This document shows positions 38,668 through 52,900 of a stretch of 64,000 nucleotides of DNA, in pieces; positions within the stretch are counted from its first letter, which is position 1, and every line of letters starts with the position of its first letter. The position numbers and the translations under genes were made by a program. Under the pieces are notes generated by a model, which was not told where the DNA came from, did no database searches, and saw nothing but the letters and a program-made list of their open reading frames with translations. Origin of the DNA: Strigamia acuminata (taxonomy: Eukaryota); the NCBI GenBank assembly GCA_949358305.1, contig OX442314.1, positions 7,130,001-7,194,000 of the forward strand, in the 5' to 3' direction.

Positions 38668-41600
38668 ATGAAGAGAAAATTGCAACTATGTGTAAAATGC
38701 AGCCAAGTGGTACTTCTAGGACTCACGACATCACTTTTAACCATCTTAATTCTCTTCAGTATATCAACCAATTGGTATGAACAAAACAGTAACTCCAAAC
38801 AACCAATTTCTCCAATCAGAATGCAGAAAACCCTGCCAAGGACATTCAAGTTCAAACATCCATCAGCAACCGAAAGCAATTTCTCCTTGTGGACAGTCAT
38901 ACCAAACAATGTTGTAGTTCATCTGGGAACTCATCCGAACCCGCACAACTTCACTTACACCTTGAATAACTCAGCCATATGTGAAACCTTTGACAAAACC
39001 CGCATCCGGCTGCTGATTTTCATCGAATCGCACACTGATAACTACAACCGGCGCAGACAGATCAGAAATACTTGGGGTGTACGTATGCTACAAACCGCGC
39101 TTAACTTTCGCATTTTATTCCTGCTCGGCCAACCAACAGTGAATCGCACCCAGGACCTCATCGAACAGGAGTATTTTCTTTATGGAGACATCTTGCAGGA
39201 GGATTTTCCTGATACGTTCAATAACTTAGGTATAAAGACACAAAGTGATTTTAAAGAAACAAATAGCACTCCAATCCCCAAACAATCTAAACCATAAGCC
39301 TTCCAATCAAACAGGGAACAAATTTAGTATCGGGAAATCTGGTTAGGTCGGGCCACGGGAACAAATTTGTACCGGGAAATCTGGTTAGGTCGGGCCACGG
39401 GAACAAATGTGTACCGGGAAATCTGGTTAGGTCGGGCCACGGGAACAAATTTGTACCGGGAAATCTGGATAGGTCGGGCCACGGGAACAAATTTGTACCG
39501 GGAAATCTGGTTAGGTCGGGCCACGGGAACAAATTTGTACCGGGAAATCTGGTTAGGTCGGGCCACGAGAACAAATTTGTACCGGGAAATCTGGATAGGT
39601 CGGGCCACGGAAACAAATTTGTACAGGGAAATCTGGTTAGGTCGGGCCACGGGAACAAATTTGTACCGGGAAATCTGGTTAAGTCGGGCCACGGGAACAA
39701 ATTTGTACCGGGAAATCTGGATAGGTCGGGCCACGAGAACAAATTTGTACCGGGAAATCTGGATAGGTCGGGCCACGGGAACAAATTTGTACCGGGAAAT
39801 CTGGTTAGGTCGGGCCACGGGAACAAATTTGTACCGGGAAATCTGGATAGGTCGGGCCACGAGAACAAATTTGTATCGGGAAATCTGGATAGGTCGGGCC
39901 ACGGGAACAAATTTGTACCGGGAAATCTGGTTAGGTCGGGCCACGGGAACAAATTTGTACCGGGAAATCTGGATAGGTCGGGCCACGGGAACAAATTTGT
40001 ACCGGGAAATCTGGTTAGGTCGGGCCACGGGAACAAATTTGTACCGGGAAATCTGGATAGGTCGGGCCACGAGAACAAATTTGTACCGGGAAATCTGGAT
40101 AGGTCGGGCCACGGGAACAAATTTGTACCGGGAAATCTGGTTAGGGCGGGCCACGGGAACAAATTTGTACCGGGAAATCTGGATAGGTCGGGCCACGGGG
40201 TATGGAAAACATCTCACAATGTCACGGTCCACCGGAAACTCCAGGGATTCCGCTGGGCCAGTCTAGCACTGCGATCAAACGATCATCTTCAGTGCCTGGC
40301 CACTTTATCCATAAGGCCAACGAGGCACAGTGCCTAGGGTGTATAAACCTTTTAGCAGTGTTGTATCTCGTTCACTAAATCGCGAACTAGTTCTAGTTCT
40401 CGTTCATCACCATTTTCAATATTCTGAACTAGTTCTAGTTCCCGTTCACCCCAAAATCTCAAAGCGAACTAAGTTCTAGTTCAGTTCTAGTTCAGTTCTA
40501 GTTCAGTTCTATTTTCGAACAATTATTTTCTGAATTCAAAGTTTTATTTATACCATTTTCTACTAATAAACTTTATTGCGTGCTTCGATTAACTTCTGAG
40601 CTTCAGCTTCCATATTATTACGATCACAGACCTCGGAAAAAGCGATTACGAAACAAAATAGAATTGTAGACGTAGACTATTGTTGGAAATCCACCAAATC
40701 CGACTAAACAATGAAATACGCAACAGCTTATCAGGGTCGAATGTCACAAGTTATTTTATTTAAAGAAATTACACTAGTCTTATACTATAGAAGTCGTCAA
40801 TGATTGGCCGAGCAATACAACGTCGGAGGAACGAACTAATTAACGAACTAGAACGTAGTTCGCGTCCAAAAAACGAACTTCGTTCGTTTTTTTCGTTCTT
40901 TAAGAATCGCGAACTAGTTCGCGTTCTTAGTTCGCGAACTAAGAACTAAGTTCGCGAACGCGAACTAATAGTTCTAGTTCGATACAACACTGCCTTTTAG
41001 GGCCTATGAGCCAGTGGCAAACTCAGGAATTTGTGTTCAAGGAGAGTTTATTTTACTTTCAAGATTAAGAATAGGAACGGCTCACCGTGCTGATCACCTG
41101 TTCCCATTAGAAGCAACATAGGGTCTGGTCAGTACTTGGATAGGTGACTTGCTGGGAATCACAGTTGTTTATCTTATTCTTGTCTGATTAAAGTACTGTT
41201 TCTATGGCAAGAACATCTGGCACCCGCCTCTAACTGGGTTTTCTGTTGTTTTCCAAGCTCTCGGTGGGTTCTTAAGAAAGTCGTCTCGCGAATTGCAGCT
41301 GGCCTATGGTTTTGATTTATTGTCAGTGTTTAGAGTGTCATTAATGTCATTGAAATCATTTTATTTTTAATTATAATATTATCACAAAGTGTGCACTGTG
41401 CATTGAGATAATTTTTCTTTAGGTTTAAAATCAGTGATGGGATTGAAATGGTCCTCCAAGTATTGCCGCCATGCCAATTACATTATGAAGACAGACGACG
41501 ACATTTTTGTTCACGTACCAAATCTTCTCAAAATATTGTCTTTCCAAAACCGGCAGTCCATTCTCATCTGCCATAGAAATAGAGTCCGGAAGATCATCCG

Positions 41601-41973
41601 AAAGAATTCACTTTTCGGAAAATACGAAGTCCGGTCCAAAGATCTACCTGGAATCTACTTCCCGGAGTATTGCGCTGGTTTTGCTTACATCATGTCTTTG
41701 GATACAGCCGACAAATTATACGAAGCTTCCTTAAGAACTCCGTATTTTTTCATCGAAGATGTGTTCATCACCGGGTTTTGCAGATACAAGGCAAACATAC
41801 AACTAATTGACCATTCTGCCGTAACTCTAAGTCCCCGGCTGACTCCCACACAGACCAGTTGTGCATTTGCTGACGGACGGATTACTTCGCACGAATTGAT
41901 GGACAATGGATTAGCAATGCTTTGGGAGCAATTAAACACTCAAGGATTCTTTTGTCCACAACCAATTAGATGA
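38668..41973 (+). CDS. GT31 beta-1,3-glycosyltransferase (B3GALT/B3GNT/brainiac-like), copy 1, intact, 370 aa
   Basis: Exons 38668-39229 and 41423-41973 (phase 1). Type II transmembrane anchor; motifs IRNTWG, YGDILQEDFPDTFNNL, MKTDDDIFV (DXD), FPEYCAG, IEDVFITG, TSH. Confidence 0.92.
39312..40271. mobile_element. hAT-type MITE whose internal 42-bp unit is amplified about 21 times
   Basis: Unit gggaacaaatttgtaccgggaaatctgg(t/a)taggtcgggccac; right TIR ccagtctagcactg; near-perfect 8-bp TSD caatcaaa / cgatcaaa. Confidence 0.85.
40356..40992. mobile_element. hAT-type MITE, 637 bp
   Basis: TIRs CAGTGTTGTATC...GATACAACACTG; perfect 8-bp TSD CCTTTTAG; many subterminal gaacta / tagttc motifs. Confidence 0.9.
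41076..41170 (+). pseudogene. Degenerate 5S rRNA-derived sequence (5S pseudogene or SINE3-like head)
   Basis: aagcaacatagggtctggtcagtacttggataggtgacttgctgggaatcacagttgtt resembles the 5S 3' half (internal control region GGTTAGTACTTGGATGGGAGACCGCCTGGGAA). Confidence 0.65.
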
Positions 41974-42617
41974 TTTTTCAAATTATAAACCAAAAATTTT
42001 GATTGTACATTTATTACATTATTATGTACATATTTGTGCTAGTGTGCATTTTTATTGATGAATGATGGAAATAAATTATTTCTTTTCGGTATGCCATGCT
42101 TGTAGACAATTGAATTGATGCCCACCAGAAAACATTAGACTACTCTCTGTCCCGATACTACGTTGTCCTAATTCAAGCCACATCACTGGTGTAGTGGCAC
42201 AAAAAAGTAGCCCATAATACCAGAATTTTTATCTAACTAGGCAAAACAACCGATAAAAAACTAAACCTTTGTTTACCTGCCAAAAGAAACCAACAAATTA
42301 TACTAATGTTCTAATGTTGCCAAAACTCGTTTGCTGATTAAAAGGTTGATGTAGTTTGTTGAAATAAATTATGTTTGTTTTGATAATAAATTGTCCACAA
42401 GCACTGCCATGACAACTAACAATGTGCAAGGTAGGTGTTTTAACTGTTTGTTTACTTACTAAAATATAACACTATCTCTTCCTTTTGTACATAATCAGTG
42501 ACTTTTAATCGAAGAAATAAGGTAAATTAGAATGCTGGAACATATTAAGAGGTTGCAAATAAGAGTGTTAAAGTAAGAAATGTTATTTTTTTTTCGACAG
42601 GGGCATTATTTTGAAAA

Positions 42618-43508
42618 ATGAAGAGAAAATTGCAACTATGTGTTATATGCAGCCAAGTGGTACTTCTAACTATGTTTATTCTCTTCAGTATATCAACCAA
42701 TTGGTATGAACAAAACAGTAACTCCAAACAACTAACTTCTCCAATCAGAATGCAGAAAGCCCTGCCAAGGACATTCAAGTTCAAACATCCATCGGCAACC
42801 GACAGCAATTTCTCCTTGTGGACAGTCTTACCAAACAATGTTGTAGTTCATCTGGGAACTCATCCGAACCCGCACAACTTCACTTACATCTTGAATAAGC
42901 CTGCCATATGTGAAACCTTTGACCAAACCCGCATCCGGCTGTTGATTTTCATCCATTCGCATACTAATAACTACAACCGACGCAAACAGACCAGAAATAC
43001 TTGGGGCGTGCGTATGCTACAAACCGCGCTTAACTTTCGCATTTTATTTCTGCTCGGCCAACCACCAATAAATCGCACCCAGGACCTCATCGAACAGGAG
43101 TATTTTCTTCATGGAGACATCTTGCAGGAGGATTTTCCTGATACGCTCAATAACTTAGGTATAAAGACGCAAAGTGATTTTAAAGACACGAATTGCACTC
43201 CAATCCCCAAACAATCTAAATCAAACAGGGAAATCTGGTTAGGTCGGGCCACGGGAACAAATTTGTACCGGGAAATCTGGATAGGTCGGGCCACGGGAAC
43301 AAATTTGTACCAGGAAATCTGGATAGGTCGGCCACTAATTGACCATTCTGCCGTAACTCTAAATCCCCATCTAACTCTCACACAGGCCAGTTGTGCGTTT
43401 GCTGACGGACGGATAACTTCGAACGAATTAAGGGACAATGGATTAGAAATGCTTTGGGAGCAATTAAACACTCGAGGATTCTTTTTTCCACAACAACCAA
43501 TTAGATGA
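42618..43508 (+). pseudogene. GT31 copy 2, internally deleted but still one open frame (296 aa)
   Basis: Exon 1 (to 43158) reads through the intron start and MITE repeats, then joins LIDHSAV... at about 43335. The acceptor, DXD, YCAG and EDV motifs are lost. Confidence 0.85.
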
Positions 43509-44481
43509 TTTTTAAAATTATAAACCAAATTTTGATTGTACATATACAATATTTGTGCTTGTGTGCACTTTATTGATGAATGTTGGAAATAATTATTTCT
43601 TTCTGGTATGCCATGCTTATAGGGAATTGAATTGAACCAGAAAACATTAGCCGTATCACTGGTGTAGTGGCACAAAAAAGTAGCCCAAAAATCCAGAATT
43701 GTATTCTGACTAGGCAAAACAACCGATAAAAAAATAAACCTTTGTTTACCAGCCAAAAGAAACCAACAAACTATGCTAACATTGTTCGATTGATTAAAAG
43801 GGGAAAAAGCTTATTTTCGCAAATGAAATAAATACTTTATTACCAAATAAATAAAATTTATCCTTCTAATTATTTTTTACACTAAAATTCATTGATTATT
43901 TCCCTCTCCCCAGTTATGACTCATTTCCCCCCTAAATTAATTTTAATTTTCCTCCACCCAAAACCCCTCAAATAAACTCAAGAACCCCCCTAACTTTACT
44001 GTCCACTAAAAATGTTGTTCCCCACATGCCATTTTATCTCTAACACTTTCGAATGCACCCCCAACATCAAGCATTTCCTGTGTTGCACAAATTAACATTC
44101 TCAAATGAAATTGGCAACCAAATCTCTTTCGTCGTGTTTTAGGTGCTTGTTTTATGTTTTTTCTAATGTTGCTTAAGATCGTGAAGATTATAAAAACGCC
44201 AAAACTCGCTTGCTGATTAAAAAGTTGACGTAGTTTGTTGAAATAAATATGTTTGTTTTGATAATAAATTGTCCACAAGCACTGCCATGACAACTAACAA
44301 TGTGCAAGGTAGGTGTTCTAACTGTTTGTTTACTTACTAAAATATAACCCTATCTCTTCCTTTTGTACATAATCCGTGACTTTTAATCGAAGAAATAGGG
44401 TAAATCAGAATGCTGGAACATCGTAAGAGTGGCAAAGTAATAAATGTTATTTTTTCTCAACAGGGTGCATTATTTTGAAAA

Positions 44482-45918
44482 ATGAGGAGAAAATTACAAC
44501 TATGTGTAAAATGCAGCCAAGTGGTACTTCTAGGACTCACGACATCACTTTTAACCATCGTAATTCTCTTCAGTATATCAACCAATTGGTATGAACAAAA
44601 CAGTAACTCCAAACAACCAATCTCTCCAATCAGAATGCAGAAAGATCGGCCAAGGACATTCATGTTCAAACATCCATCGGCAAGCGAAAGCAATTTTTCC
44701 TTGTGGACAGTCATACCAAACAATGTTGTAGTTCATCTGGGAACTCATCCGAACCCGCACAACTTCACTTACATCTTGAATAACCCGGCGGTATGTGAAA
44801 CCTTTGACAAAACAGGCATCCGGCTGCTGATTTTCATCCATTCGCATACTGATAACCACAACCGGCGCAGACAGATCAGAAATACTTGGGGCGTGCGCAT
44901 GCTACAAACCGCGCTTAACTTTCGCATTTTATTCCTGCTCGGCCAACCGAAAAAAAATCACACCCAGGACCTCATCGAACAGGAGTATTTTCTTTATGGC
45001 GACATTTTGCAGGAGGATTTTCCTGATACGTTCAAAAACTTAGGTATAAAGACACAAAGTGATTTTAAAGACACGAATTAACAATCTAAATCATAAGCCT
45101 TCCAATCAAACAGCGCTGGTCTGGGAACAAATTTAGTATTGGAAAATTTGGTTAGGTCGGGCCACGGGAACAAATTTATACCGAGAAATCTGGATAGGTC
45201 GGGCCACGGGGTATGGAAAACATCTCACATTGTCACGGGCCACCGGAAACTCCAGGTATTCCGCCGGACCAGTCCAGCACTGACTGCCATTAATGTCATT
45301 AAAATCATTTTATTTTTAATTATAATATTATCACAAAGAAACTGTGCATTGAGATACTTTTTTTTAGGTTTAAAATCAGTGATGGGATTGAAATGGTCCT
45401 CCAGGAATTGCCGCCATGCCGATTACATTATGAAGACAGACGACGACATTTTTGTTCACGTACCAAATCTTCTCAAAGTATTGTTTTTTCAAAAGCGGCA
45501 GTCCATTCTCATCTGCCATAGAGTTACAGTCCGCAATATCATCCGCAAGAATCCACGTTGGAAAAGATACGAAGTCCGGTCCGAAGATTTACCTGGAAAC
45601 TACTTCCCAGAGTATTGCGCCGGTTTTGGTTACGTCATGTCTTTGGATACAGTCGACAAATTATACGAGGCTTCCTTAAGAACTCCGTATTTTTTTATCG
45701 AAGATGTGTTCATCACCGGGTTTTGCAGATACAAGGCAAACATACAAATAATTGACCATTCTGCTGTAACTCTATATCCCCGTCTAACTCCCACACAGTC
45801 CAGTTGTGCATTTGCTGACGGACGGATTACTTCGAACGAATTAAGGAACAATGGATTAGCAATGCTTTGGGAGCAAATAAACACTCGAGAATTTTTTTGT
45901 CCACAACCAATTAGATGA
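44482..45918 (+). CDS. GT31 glycosyltransferase copy 3, intact, 370 aa
   Basis: Exons 44482-45043 and 45368-45918; core motifs present; the intron carries MITE 45111-45282. Confidence 0.9.
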
Positions 45919-46734
45919 TTTTTCAAATTATAAACCAAAAATTTTGATAGTACATATACAATATTTGTGCTTGTGTGCATTTTTATTGATGAATGTTAGA
46001 AATAAATTATTTCTTTCTGGTATGCCATGCTTATAGACAATTGAATTGATGCCCACCAGTGGTATCATTGGTGTAGTGGCACAAAAAAGTAACCCTTAAC
46101 ACCAGAATTGTTATCTAACTAGGCAAAACAACCGATAAAAAGCTAAACCTTTGTTAACTGCCAAAAGAAACCAACAAACTATGCTAACATTGTTTGATTG
46201 ATTAAAAGGTGAAAAAGCTTATTTTAGGAAATGAAATAAATATTTTATTACCAAATAAATAAAATTCATCCTTCTAATTATTTTTTACACTAAAATTCAT
46301 CGATAATACACATAACTACTTTTTCGCATAGTAGAGCACAGTCCACAGTTAGGCGTAATCCGGCTCAACCAATTCGGAAATAGGACAACGTTGTATTGGA
46401 ACAGAGTATAAAAACCTGGCAGACAAAACCGTACATATTTAAATGTTGTCAGTAGAGCACCCTGTGTCTTTTGAGGAATTTATTCAGTTGCTAAGGATTG
46501 GACTCAAATGCCTTTTCCCATTCTGATGTTGCATGATTGCAACCCATCTGCAACCAAGACACTGACAACATTTTTCCATAGGCATGGTGGAATGGTCGAA
46601 CAAGAAAAATTTATTTAAATTTTAACAAAGTAAAATTTTATGCAAGGAGTATACATGTAGTATTGGTCTATTATCTTATTTTACTTGAATTTTTTAGTTT
46701 GTGAATCTAAGTTAAAAATTGGGTTTTCTATTTC

Positions 46735-47520
46735 GTTGTAAAGAATTAGGGTTTGCGTCACAACACACAGTTGTCGTCATAATTCGCCTTGCCGAGTAGA
46801 ACCGTATCGTGCGTGCCCTATCTAACAGCACAATCATCCATTCGAGATGGTAGACGGTACTGTACACAGGGGGGTTTAGCTCGCAGCTCCGCACAACAGA
46901 ATAACCACACGAAGTACTACTGGCAAACAGACTGGTTTGGCACAGTTATCGCAGAAATCAGCTGGCCAAACACTTGGTGCTACTTGCGATAACTATACAT
47001 GCTCTTTACCAAGCATGCAGACTGTTTTGGCACCATCAGGTGATGGAACCAATCTCTTACAATAATCGTGCTACTAGCAGTGGCTGAGTGTTTTGGTACC
47101 GCACATGGCTCTCTTGTCCTGCCAGGAGAATATTGTATGCACATGGCCGGTATGCTCGGCGAGACCGTCGACGAAAACATTAGTATCCCGACCTACACCT
47201 TCAATTGGCGGAATGCATGGTTCAGCAAAACCATGCTCGGGTTACAAGTACGATTATTTGACATGAAACATGAAACCAAATAACCAAAACAAGAACCAAC
47301 TAACTTCCTGTTGTCAGGAAATATATATACCCTGGATTGGATTAAGTGATTTGGTCACTTATCCAATTGGAACATGGGTTTCACGAATCCCACCAATCCT
47401 GTGGCACAGGAAGTGGATACCGGGACCATAGGTCTTGAATTATGCTAATCCTTGACATGAAACAAGAATTGGATACCGGGGACCGGAAGTGGATACCCAG
47501 GACTCATTTCCAAGTCACGC
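46735..47520. repeat. Diverged ~0.8-kb repeat with a second copy at about 53590-54330
   Basis: Colinear similarity (ttcgccttgc, gactg(t/c)tttggcaccatcaggtgatgga, aactaacttcctgttgtcagg, caggaagtggatac). Confidence 0.8.
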
Positions 47521-48418
47521 ATTAATCCTTTAATCCGCATGGTCACATTTCCAAGAATGTGACCAATTCTTCTTCCAATCGTTCAATACAATTACATAAT
47601 TTTATATTATTGTTAAGTTAAAATAATCTACGTGAAGTATATTACATATTTATTTTAATATATTCCTTGTTATTCATTTATTTCTGCATTTACCGCTGAT
47701 TTGCGATAGCGGCATTGCGCATTGACGAATGCGGTTTTAGCAGACGAATCTCTGTAGCTTCGGCCGTGATACTTTGAATTCACGAAGTAATGTCAGTTAC
47801 CGTAATATTTATTAATACAACATCTTTGCTTCTGAAACACCATACCGTAAATACCTTTATTCAGGACTTTTATTAGTTTTACAGCAAATACAGCTAAAAT
47901 ACCACCATAATGGCGCAACAGCGACTTCTGGTGGGAAATCAGGCATTTATAACCATATTAATTTGTCACAAAATAATAATAACTTAATAATAAAAATAAA
48001 TGTTTTGAAAAATATTTGCCTTCAGGGCGTATTCAAAACCAATAAATAGCTGAACATGTTTGCACACTGGTTGACTGACTTAATTTCCTGTAAGTGAAAT
48101 TTGAGGTGCATTTTAAGGGTAAAGTTGAATGAAGCGGAAATGGATCCAGGCCACAGAACAACTTAGGGTGAAACGATTGGTGTGCTGAGGATGACACCTT
48201 TGTCTATTTATTGTTTCTCACAACAAACAAAGGTAGGTGCTCTAACTGTTTGTTTACTTACTAAAATATAACACTATCTCTTCCTTTTGTACACAATCCG
48301 TGACTTTTAACCGAAAACATAGTGTAAATCAGAATGCTGGAAGATATTAAGAGGTTGCAAATAAGAGTGGTAAAGTAATAAATGTGATTTTTTTTCGACA
48401 GGGGCATTATTTTGAAAA

Positions 48419-49732
48419 ATGAGGAGAAAATTGCAACGATGTGTAAAATGCAGCCAAGTGGTACTTCTAGGACTCGCGACATCACTTTTAACCATCTTCA
48501 GTATATCAACCAATTGGTATGAACAAAACAGTAACTCCAACCAACCAATTTCTCCAATCAGAATGCAGAAAGCCCGGCCAAGGACATTCATGTTCAAACA
48601 TCTATCGGCAAGCGAAAGCAATTTTTCCTTGTGGACAGTCCTACCAAACAATTCTGTAGTTCATCTGGGAACTCATCCGAACCCGCACAACTTCATTTAC
48701 ACCGTGAATAACCCGGCCATATGTGAAACCTTTGACAAAAGCCGCATCCGGCTGCTGATTTTCATCCATTCGCATACTGATCACTACAACCGACGCAGAC
48801 AGACCAGAAATACTTGGGGCGTGCGTATGCTACAAACCGCGCTTAACTTTCGCATTTTATTCCTGCTCGGCCAAACACCAATAAATCGCACCCAGGACCT
48901 CATCGAACAGGAGTATTTTCTTTATGGAGACATCTTGCAAGAGAATTTTCCTGATACGTACAAAAACTTAGGTATAAAGACACAAAGTGATTTTAAAGAC
49001 ACGAATTGCACTTCCAATCCCCAAACAATCTAAACCATAAGCCTTCCAATCAAACGAAACAAATTTAGTATCGGGAAATCTGGATAGGTCAGACCACGGG
49101 AACAAATTTGTCATTAGAATCATTTTATTTTTAATTATAATATTATCACAAAGAAAGTGCATTGAGATAATTCTTTTTTAGGTTTAAAATCAGTGATGGG
49201 ATTGAAATGGTCCTCCAAGTATTGCCGCCATGCCGATTACATTATGAAAACAGACGACGACATTTTTGTTCACATACCAAATGTTCTGAAAATGTTGTCT
49301 TTCCAAAAGCGGCAGTCCATTCTCATCTGCCATACAAATAGACTCCAGAAGATCATCCGAAAGCATTCAGTGTTTAAAAGATACGAAGTCCGGTCCAAAG
49401 ATCTACCTGGAATCTATTTCCCCGAGTATTGCTCTGGTTTTGGTTACGTCATGTCTTTGGATACAGTCGACAAATTATACGAGGCTTCCTTAAGAACTCC
49501 GTATTTTTTCATCGAAGATGTGTTCATCACTGGGTTTTGCAGATACAAGGCAAACGTACAACTAATTGAACATTCCGCCGTAACTCTAAATCCCTGGCTA
49601 ACTCCCACACAGGCCAGTTGTGCGTTTGCTGACGGACGGATTACTTCGAACCAATTAAGGGACAATAAATTAGCAATATTTTGGGAGCAATTAAACACTC
49701 GAGGATTCTTTTGTTCACAACCAATTAGATGA
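48419..49732 (+). CDS. GT31 glycosyltransferase copy 4, intact, 367 aa
   Basis: Exons 48419-48971 and 49182-49732; core motifs present. Confidence 0.9.
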
Positions 49733-50910
49733 TTTATTCAAATTATAAACCAAAAATTTTGATTGTACGTATACAATATTTGTGCTTGTGTGCACTTTTA
49801 TTGATGAATGTTGGAAATAAATTATTTCTTTCTGGTATGCCATGCTTATAGACAATTGAATTGAACCAGAAAACATTAGACTATACTCTGTCCCGATACA
49901 ACATTGTCCTGATTCAAGCCGTTTCACTGGTGCAGTGGCACAAAAAAATAGCCCTTAACACCAGAATTGTTATCTAACTAGGCAAAACAACCGATAAAAA
50001 ACTAAACCTTTGTTTATCTGTCAAAAGAAACCAACAAACTATCGTATGCTAACATTGTTTGATTGATTAAAAGGTGAAAAAGCTTATTTTAGCAAATGAA
50101 ATAAATATTTTATTACCAAATAAATAAAATTCATCCTTCTAATTATTTTTTACACTAAAATTCATTGATAATAAACCAAACTACTTTTCTCCCGTAGTAG
50201 AGCACAGTCCACAGTTAGACGTAATCCGGTTCAACCGTACCATGCATATATAAATGTTGTCACTAGAGCACCCTGTGTCTTTTGAGGAATTTATTCAGTG
50301 GCTAAGGATTGGACTCAAATGCCTTTTCCCATTCTGATGTTGCATGATTGCAACCCATCTGCAACCAAGACACTGGCAACATTTTTCCATAGGCATGGTA
50401 GAATGGTGGAACAAGAAAAATTTATTTAAATTATAACAAAGTAAAATTTTATGCAAGGAGTATACAAGTAGTATTGATCAATCATTTTATTTTACTTGAA
50501 ATTTTTAGTTTGGGTATCTGAATTGATTAGTAAATCCATTGGCCAGTGAAGAGGAATACAGAGAATGCTATCGGAGTTGTTAATTTAACACATTTAAAAA
50601 GAAGATAACATGCAGGTAGGAATGTACGTATTACAATATCAAAAAAATAATTAAAATAATCTTCTTGGCTAGATTTCCCATTATGAAAATTGATTTACCA
50701 TGTGATGATTACAAATCCGTATTTATCAATGTTCACAATAGATGGCGCTGTTTACCAAACGCGCGTAATTCAAACTCGATAAAACTAAAAAGTGTGATAA
50801 ATAATTATTTAGACACGGTGAATAAAATATAACTATTTTATTCGATATAAACTAAGTATTATTTACTTGACAATGTTGATTCTATCGAACCAATATCCAC
50901 ATTACTTACC

Positions 50911-52240
50911 TGTCGAAGGGGGCCAATTGGACCCTTCCCACCCCCAACTGGGCCCATCTGGATATAGTCATATATTAGGTCCGGACTAGTGACCCACGAA
51001 TCCGCCGATTCGTACGCTGATTGGCTGTCGCCAATCTAGTAGTTCTACAGAACTATATAAGCATCAGTTTCGCACCCACTAACCCCCCTGGCTTGATAAC
51101 TGAACTTGTATATTGTCTGTAGTTGAATTGTTATCGTTTGATTTCATTATTCTCTATCGACACATCAGGCCACCTCAGCTCTCCACAGTTAGTATTCATT
51201 ACTATTTGTTATTGCTGTTGTAGGGCTATTTCGGGAAGGCTAACTCCGGTAATAGACATGCATTCGCATGAAATGGCCCCGTAACGTTAGCCAGCTGTTC
51301 CACGGGACAGTAGGACTTCGTACGGTGGCTTAATATAACGGTCGTATACAGTATGACCTTGCTAAATGAAAGTAGGTCCCTCAGCTAACTGGCCACAGTC
51401 CGCTGCAGGATGGTTGTTGTAAACAGCCCACGCAGGTTCCCGTCTTTCTACGATTGGTCCTTCCGCACGTTAAAAGTCGGTAAAGGCCTAATGCACAGAT
51501 AACACGCCGGGTTGGTAGCCCGTGAGTAATATCTTCAAGATGTTGCAATAAATAACTACCTGGATAATGGTAATCCAACGGCAGTGGCCAAGTAATATTT
51601 TACCCGGTGCTCGATCAATGGATCCCGTCATCGTAAGGCATGCTGGCGGATGGAGGAGTCAAATCCTCCCGCGATGGTTCTCTCGATCGTCGTGACGGTC
51701 CCCGCCCCATCGTACCCTCCGGGTTAGTAACCCGTGAACGATATATAAAATATATCGTGTTAAACAAATTACTCGGGCATTGGTAATCCTGTATTGGCAA
51801 AATCTTTTAAACCCGGTAAGTCCATAGAAATGTTTACCTGGTGGTTGGTACCACCGACAGCGAATTAAAGCATACAAACAAATACTCGGCGCCTGATCAC
51901 GAGATCTTGTCGTCGTAAGGCATGCTGGCGGATGGAGTCTCAACAACTCCCGCGACGTTCTCTCAATTGTCGTGACGGTCCCCGCCCAATTAATATTTAT
52001 ATAACAATTCATTTGTTATATTCCATTAATCACTTTATATTTATTCATTTGGAACATGGAATATTCTGCTGAATATTCCTACTTATGCGAAGGACTCTTC
52101 GCATTATTAGATACTCCAGCTGCGGACCAAATACGTCTCCGTAGCGCTATTTGTGACGATGCCGCAAGTCAGCCGTATCCCTCTGGCTTCGCCCGGATCC
52201 TCAACCAGTTGATGCCGCCGTTTACACGTGTCAAGAACCC
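50911..52240 (+). mobile_element. Probable LTR retrotransposon 5' remnant
   Basis: Segment TGTCGA...TCGACA (50911-51162) contains CCAAT and TATA-like ctatataag. It is followed by a leader with an internal direct repeat (cgtaaggcatgctggcggatgga twice). No clear primer-binding site. Confidence 0.4.
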
Positions 52241-52811
52241 ACAAATTATGTTATTATTACTCAGTAATAAATATATTATGTCACACTAAAACTGTAAGTT
52301 ATTTCTGCTCAGTCATGAATTCATATTTTTACACAGACTTCTGTAAGCTTATCTCGGTTAGGTTGTTGCTACTCCTAGCAACGTCTTGTTTAAACCGATT
52401 ATTTATCTATCTTAAATGGCTATTAAATCAGCCAAAAGTAGAATCGTCACAACCACTTTGCAAGTGTTCAAACAAGATACAAGTGCAACATCATCATGTT
52501 GCACTTGTTCGAACATTCGCAAAGTGGTAAATTTTGAAAATAGTTGAAACCACAAGTCTAATTTCTGATTGAAGATGTAACCGGCCACGTTAACAAATAA
52601 CAAAAATCGACAGTTTAAGCCAAAAATCGATTGTTTTGACCAAAAATAGACGGTTATGGGCCAAAAATCGGCTATTTTGGGCCAAAAATCGGCTATTTTG
52701 GGCCAAAAATCGACTGTTCTGCCTAAAAATCGACTGTTTTGACCAAAAATCGACTCTTTTCTGGCAAAAATCGGTATTTTTGGGCATACTAATAAAACGA
52801 CCAATCGACGT

Positions 52812-52900
52812 TCCTTCTCGATGACTTGATCGACGATCAAATCCTGTTCCAATGTTCCGAACTCGCACGTCTTGACCATTGTGTTAAGCCTCGTCACGTT
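52812..52900 (-). mobile_element. Gypsy-type gag fragment
   Basis: VTRLNTMVKTCEFGTLEQDLIVDQVIEK resembles the xxRLxxLAxxCEFGxxxxxxIRDQ gag motif. Confidence 0.55.

Noticed and set aside
39287..40266. Three ~300-aa repetitive ORFs and a CRISPR-like appearance
   Set aside because: A 42-bp (3n) head-to-tail repeat with no unique spacers, inside a MITE in an intron; no cas genes.
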